25,834 bases of DNA, from positions 1 to 25,834 of the forward strand of contig CALMDI010000609.1 in NCBI GenBank assembly GCA_937864975.1. Reading direction: 5' to 3'. The notes beneath the pieces were generated by a model. The model did no database searches. It saw only the letters and a program-made list of their open reading frames with translations, and had not been told where the DNA came from. The position numbers and the translations under genes are program-made. Positions 1 through 7,688 of this stretch are shown piece after piece. Position 1 is the stretch's first letter, and each line of letters begins with the position of its first letter. Source of the DNA: an uncultured Chloroflexota bacterium (GTDB taxonomy: Bacteria > Chloroflexota > Anaerolineae > Aggregatilineales > Phototrophicaceae).

Positions 1-1180
1 TCAGGCGCTTGCCGATGCCTGGAACGCGGAAAACCCCGATATTCAGGTCATCGTCGAGCAGCAGGCGGACGAAGTCAACTGGCAGGCGACCGCCCCCAGC
101 ACTATGTTCGCCGCCGACGATGGTCCCGACCTCTCGTGGTGGTGGTGCTCGCCGTCCTTCCAGTACAAGGACATGATCGCAGGCGGCATCCTCGCCCCGC
201 TCGACGATCTCTACACCAGCGAAGACTGGGCAGCCGCTTATCCTGAAGGAACGCTTCAGTACATGCTCGAACCCGATGGTCATCGCTACGGCGTGAACAT
301 CGACGTGGTGTGGACACCCTACGTCTACTATAACCAGGACATCTTCAACGAGCTGGGTCTCGAACCCCCGACGACGTGGGATGAGCTGTACGCCATCGCC
401 GACACGGTGCGCGAGGCGGGCTATCAGCCCATCGTCACCATGTACGATTACGGTCTCGTCAATCACCTGCCCGACGGTTTGATGCTGCGCTCGTGGAGCG
501 AAGACCAGTACCAGGCGATGCTGCAGAACTGGTCGCCCAGCGCCCCGCCGGAGACACTCGAATACTCGTGGCTCGACCCCGAAAGCGTGCGTATCTTTCA
601 GACCCTCAAGGACATGGCGGATAACGGCGTGTTCGCGGACGGCTTCGCGGGCTTGACCGACTACGATACGCCCAAGTCGCTGTTCACGTCCGGCAACGCC
701 GCGATGTACCAGATGGGGTCGTGGGAAGGCGCGGCGACCGGCATCGAAGCCGCCGTCGATTTCCCCTTCGGCTACTTCTACTACCCGCCGATGGATCAGG
801 AACCCTACGGTCCCGTGGGTAGCTGGATTCCGAACTGCTTCATCGTCTTCAACCGCCCGAATCAGGAAGCCGCCAAACAGGTTGTCGCCTACTTCGCCTC
901 GCGCGAGGGCATCGAAATCTACGCGCAGACGGCAGGGTTAACTCCCGGTCGCATTGACGTGTCGCCTGAGGTCATCGACGAAATCGCCAGCGACATGGGC
1001 GCGCAGATGATGGCGGACGTGGCGGAGCAGGGCGCCCCCGCGCTCTTTGAAGCCTCGGTGCCGCCCGACGTGCTGAGCGCGCTCAAGCAGGCGTCCGATC
1101 TCGTCCTCACCGGCGCGATCACGCCTGAAGAAGCGGCGCAGATGATGGAAGACGCCTACGCCGAAGCCCGCGAAGGCTAG
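1..1180 (+). CDS. Carbohydrate ABC transporter (CUT1) extracellular solute-binding protein, 5'-partial
   Basis: The frame is open from base 2 (QALADAWNAENPDIQVIVEQ...), so the real start lies upstream of the window. Family-1 SBP motifs: 'YYNQDIFNELGLEPPTTWDEL', 'LFTSGNAAMYQMGSW', C-terminal 'ITPEEAAQMM'. It is followed by two CUT1 permeases. Confidence 0.93.
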   Translation, partial: QALADAWNAENPDIQVIVEQQADEVNWQATAPSTMFAADDGPDLSWWWCSPSFQYKDMIAGGILAPLDDLYTSEDWAAAYPEGTLQYMLEPDGHRYGVNIDVVWTPYVYYNQDIFNELGLEPPTTWDELYAIADTVREAGYQPIVTMYDYGLVNHLPDGLMLRSWSEDQYQAMLQNWSPSAPPETLEYSWLDPESVRIFQTLKDMADNGVFADGFAGLTDYDTPKSLFTSGNAAMYQMGSWEGAATGIEAAVDFPFGYFYYPPMDQEPYGPVGSWIPNCFIVFNRPNQEAAKQVVAYFASREGIEIYAQTAGLTPGRIDVSPEVIDEIASDMGAQMMADVAEQGAPALFEASVPPDVLSALKQASDLVLTGAITPEEAAQMMEDAYAEAREG

Positions 1181-1255
1181 CGACGTACTGCGTGTTGCTC
1201 GCACGTGCCGCTACGCTTGCAGACAGAACTAACCTGCAACGTCACGTTCTGAGTT

Positions 1256-1294
1256 CCCCCTCCCTGAAATCGGGGAGGGGGTCAGGGGGTGGGG
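1256..1294. repeat. REP-like palindromic element (CCCCCTCCC-N8-GGGAGGGGG plus G-rich tail TCAGGGGGTGGGG)
   Basis: 9-bp perfect inverted repeat at 1256-1264/1273-1281. Same architecture as the elements at 3309, 13742/13799 and 23797. Confidence 0.8.
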
Positions 1295-1354
1295 TTCCCG
1301 TTTCCCGCGGGCAGCAATGCGGTTAGAATTTTTAGGCGAAGTCGAGAGGAAGCA

Positions 1355-2314
1355 ATGGCATCCAGCCAGCAATCGTTAGAGACAGCCGCGCCACGTCCGT
1401 TCGCGCGCCCGCAGCCCTCGGTTCGCGCTCGCGCGAAGCGCTGGCTGCAAAAGAACGCGATGTGGTACCTGTTCCTTGCCCCCGCGCTGCTGATGCTGTT
1501 TGCCTTCATGGCGATTCCGCTGTTCAAGTCGCTTGAACTGTCCTTCTACCAGTGGAACGGCTTGCGCCCCCGCGAATACGTCGGCTTGGAAAACTTCACT
1601 GACCTCGTGGAAGATCGATTTTTCTGGGGCGCGCTTCAGCACACTATCGTCTTTGCGGTCTTTGCCACCCTGGGAACGGTCGGCATCGGGCTGCTGCTCG
1701 CCGTCGCCATCTCGCGGCGCGTTCTGGGATCGGGCATCTTTCGCATCGCCTTTTACCTGCCGGTCATGCTGCCGATGACCGTCACGGCGGCTCTGTGGGT
1801 GCGTATTTACGAAACCAACTACGGCTTGCTCAACACGCTCCTGCGGGAGATTGGGCTGGGGGCGTTCGCCCAGCAGTGGATCGCCACGCCCCAGACCGCG
1901 CTTGGCTCGATTATCGCCGTCGCCGTCTGGCAGTATTCGGGGTTCCCGATGGTCGTGCTCCTCGCCGCCATCGAGAACATCCCCAACGACCTTCACGAAG
2001 CTGCCACGCTGGACGGCGTGTCCGAATTTCAGCGCCTGCGCTTTATCACCGTGCCGCTCATTCGTCCGGTGCTCATTTCCATCAGCGTCATTCAGGTTAT
2101 TTTCTCGCTCAAGGTGTTCGATCTGGTCTGGGTGATGACGAAGGGCGGTCCCGGCGAAAGCTCGTCGGTGCTCGGCACCTATCTTTACCGCAAAGCCTTC
2201 GAGCTTCAGGATTACGGCTATGCGTCGGCGGTCGCCGTGACCATGTTCCTCATCATTTTCACGGTCACTTACACCTATTATCGCTTGATGAAAATTGAGG
2301 CGGTGGAATATTGA
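1355..2314 (+). CDS. Carbohydrate ABC transporter permease (MalF/UgpA-like)
   Basis: Hydrophobic helices and EAA loop 'LHEAATLDGVSEFQRLRFITVPLIRP'. ATG 1355 follows GAGAGGA; the track's start at 1289 lies inside the repeat. Confidence 0.95.
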   Translation: MASSQQSLETAAPRPFARPQPSVRARAKRWLQKNAMWYLFLAPALLMLFAFMAIPLFKSLELSFYQWNGLRPREYVGLENFTDLVEDRFFWGALQHTIVFAVFATLGTVGIGLLLAVAISRRVLGSGIFRIAFYLPVMLPMTVTAALWVRIYETNYGLLNTLLREIGLGAFAQQWIATPQTALGSIIAVAVWQYSGFPMVVLLAAIENIPNDLHEAATLDGVSEFQRLRFITVPLIRPVLISISVIQVIFSLKVFDLVWVMTKGGPGESSSVLGTYLYRKAFELQDYGYASAVAVTMFLIIFTVTYTYYRLMKIEAVEY

Positions 2315-3204
2315 GCGCGCGCGCATCCGACACATCCCTGATGGAATTCAACCCCCTGCGGCGGCTCGGATTTGTGCCGAAAGCGATTGTCATCACGCTG
2401 CTCGTCGTGTGGCTGCTCGTCCAGCTTTACCCGGTGGTCTTCCTGTTTATCACCTCGTTTAAGAGTGATCCGCAGGTTTTGAACGCGCCCTTCGCGCTCC
2501 CCGATCCGCTGCGGCTCGACAATTACACGCGCGTCTGGGAAGGCGACCGCACCAATCAGTCCTATCTCATCTATTTTCGCAACAGCGTCGTCACCACCGT
2601 TGGCTCGCTGGCGCTCCTGCTCGTCACGTCGGCGCTCGCGGGCTACGCGCTGGCGCGCGGCAAATTTCCCGGCAGCGCGGCGGCGCAGCAGATTTTTCTG
2701 CTCAGCCTTGCCGTGCCCGTGCATGTCCTGCTGATTCCGATGTATTTCTTCCTGGGTGAGCTTGGACTGCGGAACAACCTGTTCGGCATGATTCTGGTCT
2801 ACGCGACGATGGGACTGCCCTTCACGATTATTCTCATGCGCTCGTACTTTTTGAGCTTTCCACATGAGCTTGAAGAAGCCGCGCTCATCGACGGCTGCTC
2901 GCGATTTGGCGCGTTTGTCCGCATCGTGCTGCCCGTCTCGCGCGGCGCGCTGGCAAGCATGGCGATTATCAACATCAGTTGGGTGTGGAGCGAGCTGTTC
3001 TTCGCCCTCGCCATGCTCGGCAGGCTCGAAGTCCGCACGCTTCCCATCGCCATCGCATCCTACAAGCCGACCTCAATGGCGACCGATTCGGTCGTGGGCG
3101 ATCAGTTCGCCATCATGAGCCTCACCATCCTGCCGCTCATCCTGTTCTATTTCGTTTTTCAGAAACAAATTCGCAGAGGCATGACAACCGGCGCCATCAA
3201 ATAA
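2311..3204 (+). CDS. Carbohydrate ABC transporter permease (MalG/UgpE-like)
   Basis: EAA loop 'ELEEAALIDGCSRFGAFVRIVLP' and C-terminal 'FQKQIRRGMTTGAIK'. The TTG start overlaps the upstream TGA; ATG 2341 is an alternative start. Confidence 0.95.
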   Translation: MSARASDTSLMEFNPLRRLGFVPKAIVITLLVVWLLVQLYPVVFLFITSFKSDPQVLNAPFALPDPLRLDNYTRVWEGDRTNQSYLIYFRNSVVTTVGSLALLLVTSALAGYALARGKFPGSAAAQQIFLLSLAVPVHVLLIPMYFFLGELGLRNNLFGMILVYATMGLPFTIILMRSYFLSFPHELEEAALIDGCSRFGAFVRIVLPVSRGALASMAIINISWVWSELFFALAMLGRLEVRTLPIAIASYKPTSMATDSVVGDQFAIMSLTILPLILFYFVFQKQIRRGMTTGAIK

Positions 3205-3308
3205 CCTATCACGCCAGTTTTTAGAAACTCGCAAAAGTCATGTGGGGATATTCCATCATCAATCTGCTTTCCATAAAGTGGGCTAATCATTTAACAAGGT
3301 TTTTATAG

Positions 3309-3404
3309 CCCCTCCCTCCTTGTGGGTGCTCAGGGGGTCACACCAAAGGTGCGACTGAAGTTCCCGCCTATGGCGGGAACCCCGCGCAGGGGTTTGGGGT
3401 GGGG
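3309..3404. repeat. REP-like hairpin element interrupted by a 61-bp insert (3327-3387) that carries its own hairpin
   Basis: Removing 3327-3387 gives CCCCTCCC-TCCTTGT-GGGAGGGG-TTTGGGGTGGGG, matching the 1256 and 13799 elements. The insert contains GTTCCCGCC-TAT-GGCGGGAAC (3360-3380). Confidence 0.65.
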
Positions 3405-3420
3405 GGATACGAGAAACATC

Positions 3421-5469
3421 GTGCAAAACTGGTTCGGGCAATCCTTTCGCAAAGTCCATCTGCTCTACGTCTCCCCGCAGTGGGTCACCAACCGCGGCGA
3501 GCGCTTCGACCCCGTCGCCTATGCCGAGGGCTATGCTAATGCCGGCGTCGATTGCATCGAGCTGTATTGCAAGGATCACCACGGCACCTGCTATTACCCG
3601 TGCTCGCTCGGCATTCCCTATCCACGCAATATTCTCGGTGAACTGCTGCCGGAGCTGAAAAAGCGCGACATCAGGCTCATCGCCTACGTCAGCGTCTGCT
3701 TCGACAACTACGCGCTCGGTCTGCACCCCGAATGGCGCATGGTCAACAATTACGGCGACCCGTATAAGCTCGGCGCGTTCCCAATGGCGTCCATCTGCTC
3801 GCCCTATACCGAGTTCGTCCTTCAGCAGCTTCAGGAGCTGGCGCAGAATTACGACGTGGATGGCTTCTGGCTCGACATCATTCCGCTGGCGCGTGACGTG
3901 CCGCAAGACCCGTGGATGATCGCGCCGCATCCCATCCCCGACTACTCACTGTACGCGCAGAAGCGCTACCGGGAGCAAACCGGCGAGCGTCTCCCGCTGC
4001 GTCCGGTTGGAGACGAAGCCGATCAGCTTTTCGAGTTCATGACCGCGCAGGTCGAAACCTTCATGAATCGCGCCTACGCTGTCATCCGCCAGTATCGCCC
4101 CGACGCGGTTATCACTTACAACGCCGCAGGCGCGCCGGGTGACCCGCTCGATTCGGCAGACCTCACCTCGATTGAAGGGCACGCGCCCAACTACGCCCGC
4201 CAGAGCTTTATCTCGCGCTGGTCGAAAGCCCGCGCGAAGCCGTTCGAGATCATGACGGCGGGCGGCTTGCCGCGCATGGAAGTGGGCGGCGGCTGGAACG
4301 GCTTCGATCAAAAGCCGCCGCAGATCATGCGCCTCGAAGCGGCGGTCGCGCTGGCGCACGGTGGCAGCACGCTCATCGGGCAGGCGCCCTATGCCACGGG
4401 CGACACTGACCCCGCTCAGTTCGAGGGCTTTGCGAAAGTCTATCGTCCGATCCGCGCATTGGAGCCGTGGCTGACCAACCCGGCGGGCGTCAGCGACATC
4501 GCTCTGATTGTCGCCGCCAAGCCGCGCGCGGCGTCCACGCAGTGGGGACGGATGCAGGACGGCGCCGAAGCCTTCCACGAAGCCATGCTCGACGAGCATC
4601 TTCAGTTTGATATCGTCCAACTGGACGCCGATCTCTCGCGCTATCAGGGCGTCATCCTGAGCGAGCAGACCGCCCTGAGCGATGCCGAGGTCGAGCGCGT
4701 CCGTGATTATGTACGCGGCGGCGGTCGGCTGCTGGCGACAGGCAGCACGTCGCTCTACGACGAGCGCGGCAGGCGTCGCCCCGATTTCGCGCTGGCGGAC
4801 GTGTTTGGCGCTTCCTACGACCGCGAGTCCAACGCGCAGTTCGCCTATTTACGCCTCCTGTCCGACGAACTGCGCTCTCAGGTCACGGCGCTGCCCATTC
4901 TGATCGACCGCGAGCCGCTGCAAATCCGCCTTCACGGCGGTGAACCCCGTGGACAATTCCTTTACCCCGATTCGCTGCGAACTGACGCGACGACTATCCT
5001 CTGGGGCGACGCCCCGCCGGATGAAACGCAGGCATTTGCCGGCTTGATCGAAAACCGCTTCGGGCAGGGCACGTCAACCTACCTGCCTGTGCCCCTGAAG
5101 GCGCGCGGCTTTCCGAATATGTGGCTGAAATATCTCATGCGGGTGCTGGCGCGCCGCCTCGTCCCGACGCCGCTCCTGACGACCAGCGCGCCCCCCGGCG
5201 TCGAAGTCGTTTTGAATCGTCAGAACGGACGTTACGTCGTCAATCTCGTCAATTATCACGTCGGCGATTCGGATCGTCCGTCCTTTGAAGATCGCGCCAT
5301 CGTCCTGTCCGGTCTGGAAGTCCGGTTGGATCTCGCGCGCCTGGGGCTAGATGAGGTGTCACGAGTCTATGCCGCGCCCGATACCCCGGTCGAATACGCC
5401 GTTGACGATGGTTGGCTGACCATCGCCGTACCCCCAGTCGAAATTCACACGGTGCTTGCTATCGAATAG
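3421..5469 (+). CDS. Putative glycoside hydrolase: GHL6-type TIM barrel plus GH42-trimerisation-like domain (GH151 alpha-L-fucosidase-like architecture)
   Basis: 'YCKDHHGTCYYP', 'DVDGFWLDI', 'SIEGH', then a class-I-GATase-like domain 'YQGVILSEQTALSDAEVERVRDYVRGGGRLLATG'. Probable GTG start at 3421; the track's 3322 start is inside the repeat. Family assigned by motif recall, substrate unknown. Confidence 0.72.
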   Translation: MQNWFGQSFRKVHLLYVSPQWVTNRGERFDPVAYAEGYANAGVDCIELYCKDHHGTCYYPCSLGIPYPRNILGELLPELKKRDIRLIAYVSVCFDNYALGLHPEWRMVNNYGDPYKLGAFPMASICSPYTEFVLQQLQELAQNYDVDGFWLDIIPLARDVPQDPWMIAPHPIPDYSLYAQKRYREQTGERLPLRPVGDEADQLFEFMTAQVETFMNRAYAVIRQYRPDAVITYNAAGAPGDPLDSADLTSIEGHAPNYARQSFISRWSKARAKPFEIMTAGGLPRMEVGGGWNGFDQKPPQIMRLEAAVALAHGGSTLIGQAPYATGDTDPAQFEGFAKVYRPIRALEPWLTNPAGVSDIALIVAAKPRAASTQWGRMQDGAEAFHEAMLDEHLQFDIVQLDADLSRYQGVILSEQTALSDAEVERVRDYVRGGGRLLATGSTSLYDERGRRRPDFALADVFGASYDRESNAQFAYLRLLSDELRSQVTALPILIDREPLQIRLHGGEPRGQFLYPDSLRTDATTILWGDAPPDETQAFAGLIENRFGQGTSTYLPVPLKARGFPNMWLKYLMRVLARRLVPTPLLTTSAPPGVEVVLNRQNGRYVVNLVNYHVGDSDRPSFEDRAIVLSGLEVRLDLARLGLDEVSRVYAAPDTPVEYAVDDGWLTIAVPPVEIHTVLAIE

Positions 5470-5487
5470 CCAAAATGGGTGCGTAAG

Positions 5488-5508
5488 GGGCGACCGGCTC
5501 GGTCGCCC
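5488..5508. repeat. GC-rich palindrome GGGCGACCG-GCT-CGGTCGCCC (degenerate GTAG-type REP or terminator)
   Basis: 9-bp perfect inverted repeat just after the hydrolase stop, preceded by GTAA and followed by GTTTT. Confidence 0.6.
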
Positions 5509-5548
5509 GTTTTGCCCACAATTCCCCAATCCCGCCGCGTTGAATCGG

Positions 5549-5577
5549 TTGACGCCCCTAAAAAATCATGTTAACGT
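5549..5577 (+). promoter_or_regulatory. Sigma70-type promoter of the LacI gene: TTGACG-N17-TAACGT with extended -10 TG
   Basis: -35 TTGACG at 5549-5554, TG at 5569-5570, -10 TAACGT at 5572-5577, 17-bp spacer. The predicted start site (~5584) falls inside the operator. Confidence 0.7.
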
Positions 5578-5582
5578 CGCTG

Positions 5583-5598
5583 ATGAGAACGTTCTCAT
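5583..5598. promoter_or_regulatory. LacI-family operator 1, perfect palindrome ATGAGAACGTTCTCAT
   Basis: 16-bp perfect palindrome with the central AACGTT typical of LacI/GalR sites, 21 bp before the LacI ATG. The same 14-bp core recurs at 6645-6658. Confidence 0.85.
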
Positions 5599-5619
5599 TC
5601 GCGAAACCGATTTAGGAAA

Positions 5620-6642
5620 ATGGTGTCCATTCGGCGTCCGACGATTATCGACGTTGCGCGGCTGGCGGGAGTCTCGAAGGCGACGGCTTCGCGGGTGGTC
5701 GCCGGGAATAACGACCTCGTCCGCGAAGATACCCGCGTCCGCGTGATGGAAGCGGTTCGGCAGCTTGGGTACGAGCGCAACGCCATCGCGGGCAGCCTCC
5801 GCACCAATCACACCTTTTTGATTGCCCTGTCGATCCCCGATATTACCAATCCCTTCTGGCCCGAAGTGGCGCGCGGCGTGCAGGACACGCTCGAAGTCGG
5901 CGGCTACGCGACGGTCACCGTTAACAGCGACTGGAACGCCGACCGAGAGCGTACCTACATTCGCATGGTACGGCGGAATCGCTTCGACGGTCTCATCATC
6001 AATCCGACCGGCGCGACCAATGCCGAACTCGCCGCGCTCGGCATTCCCATCGTCGTCATCGGCAGCGGCGACAGCTATCCCGACTTCGATAGTGTCGGCA
6101 GCGACACCGAGCGCGCGACCGAACAGGCGCTCGACTATCTTTATCAGTTGGGGCATCGCCGCATCGGCTTGATTGCCGGGCAGTCCGCCAGCAGCACGAG
6201 CTATAATCGCTATCATGGCTACGTGCATTTCCTTGCCGCGCGCCATATTCCGCTGGACGAATCGCGGGTAATTCGCTGCGAATTCTCGGATCAGGCGGGG
6301 TTTGTCGCCATGCAGCAGTTGTTAAGCCTGCCGGAGCCGCCGACGGCGGTAGTTACCGCCAACGACGTTCTCGCGGTCGGCGCCCTGAAGGCGGCGCGCG
6401 CCATGAATCGCAGCGTGCCGGACGACGTTTCGATTATGGGCATGGACGACATTTACGTTGCCGCCACGACGTTCCCGGCGTTGACGACAATCGCCAAGCA
6501 AAAATACGAGATTGGCGCGAAAGCGGCGGAACTTCTGCTGGAGCGCATGTCGGGCGACTATGGGACGGAACCACGGCGCGTCCGGTTTCCTTGCACGCTC
6601 GTTGTGCGCGGCTCGACCGCCAGCCCGCCGGAACCGAAATGA
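5620..6642 (+). CDS. LacI/GalR-family transcriptional regulator
   Basis: HTH 'TIIDVARLAGVSKATASRVV', hinge 'LGYERNAIAGSL', 'LGHRRIGLI', 'VPDDVSIMGMDD', 'LVVRGST'. Confidence 0.97.
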   Translation: MVSIRRPTIIDVARLAGVSKATASRVVAGNNDLVREDTRVRVMEAVRQLGYERNAIAGSLRTNHTFLIALSIPDITNPFWPEVARGVQDTLEVGGYATVTVNSDWNADRERTYIRMVRRNRFDGLIINPTGATNAELAALGIPIVVIGSGDSYPDFDSVGSDTERATEQALDYLYQLGHRRIGLIAGQSASSTSYNRYHGYVHFLAARHIPLDESRVIRCEFSDQAGFVAMQQLLSLPEPPTAVVTANDVLAVGALKAARAMNRSVPDDVSIMGMDDIYVAATTFPALTTIAKQKYEIGAKAAELLLERMSGDYGTEPRRVRFPCTLVVRGSTASPPEPK

Positions 6643-6643
6643 C

Positions 6644-6659
6644 GTGAGAACGTTCTCAC
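6644..6659. promoter_or_regulatory. LacI-family operator 2, perfect palindrome GTGAGAACGTTCTCAC
   Basis: Begins 1 bp after the LacI stop codon and ends 41 bp before the ADP-ribosylglycohydrolase ATG. Shares TGAGAACGTTCTCA with operator 1. Confidence 0.85.
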
Positions 6660-6700
6660 CGGCGTAGTCACAGCATCTCTCTACCACTTCAGGACGTAAC

Positions 6701-7678
6701 ATGACCGATTTGCAAGCCAGCCCGAATAAAACGACCCTGAAAGATCGCGCGCTCGGCTGCCTGCTTGGGCTTGCCGTGGGCGACGCTTACGGCGATCTTG
6801 GACGCAGCGAACGCCTGCGCCAGCAGTACGGACTCATTACCAATCTCCTCGACGGCGCGAAAAGCACCGACGATACCGAATTCGCCATTCTCACCGGGCA
6901 GACCCTGCTCGACTGCCGGGGAGCGCTCACCCCCGACGCCGTCACGACTGCATGGAAAAAATACATCATCGATCAGGGCGGGCTTGGCGACCGTGGGGGC
7001 AAACCGCTGTACGGCGCGGTCGCCAACTTGCAGCGCGGCATGGCGCCTCCCTATTCCGGGATCGACAACGTTCAGAACGACGACGATGGGGCGGCGATGC
7101 GAATCGCGCCTGTCGGCATCGTCTGCGCGGGCGACCCGGAACGCGCCGCGCGTTTAGCGCAGATCGACGCGCAGATCAGCCACGCGCGCGATGGCATCTG
7201 GGGCGCTCAGGCGGTGGCGGCAAGCGTCGCTGTAGCCCTCACCGGCGCGCCGGTGAGGGCTATTCTCGACGTTGGACGCGCCCGAATACCCGAAGACAGC
7301 TGGCTTGGGCGGGCGATGGAAAAAGCCATGCGGATTTGTGACGACAGCGAGACGATGGAAGCCGCATGGGAACCTCTCCACACGGCATTGTGGACGCCGG
7401 TGCATTCCGCCGCCGCGGAAGCGCTGCCGCAGGCGTACGCCGTTTTTCGCCTCACGAATGGCGATTTCCGTAAAGGGATGTTCTGGGCAGGCAACTTCGG
7501 GCGGGATGCCGATACGATCAGCGCGGTCGTCGGCGCGCTGTCCGGCGCGCTTCACGGTCAGGGCGTTATCCCTGAGGCGTGGCGCGAAAAGGTACGCCGC
7601 CCGGCGGGCGTTTGCATCAAGTTCGCGGCGGAAGTGGACATCTGCGACCTTGCGGTCAGGCTCGTTGATCTGAGCTAA
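6701..7678 (+). CDS. ADP-ribosylglycohydrolase (DraG/ARH) family protein
   Basis: 'GLAVGDAYG', 'STDDTE', 'GAAMRIAP', 'GRDADTISAVVGALSGA'. The metal-binding TDD and DxDT motifs are intact. Confidence 0.93.
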   Translation: MTDLQASPNKTTLKDRALGCLLGLAVGDAYGDLGRSERLRQQYGLITNLLDGAKSTDDTEFAILTGQTLLDCRGALTPDAVTTAWKKYIIDQGGLGDRGGKPLYGAVANLQRGMAPPYSGIDNVQNDDDGAAMRIAPVGIVCAGDPERAARLAQIDAQISHARDGIWGAQAVAASVAVALTGAPVRAILDVGRARIPEDSWLGRAMEKAMRICDDSETMEAAWEPLHTALWTPVHSAAAEALPQAYAVFRLTNGDFRKGMFWAGNFGRDADTISAVVGALSGALHGQGVIPEAWREKVRRPAGVCIKFAAEVDICDLAVRLVDLS

Positions 7679-7688
7679 GCCACCCCGG

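Noticed and set aside
1236-1252. ACGTCACGTTCTGA as a degenerate LacI operator before the permease
   Set aside because: Only 8 of 14 positions match the core and it is not palindromic.
3322-3420. N-terminal extension of the glycosidase given in the ORF track
   Set aside because: It is translated repeat sequence. GTG 3421 gives an N-terminus typical of this family.
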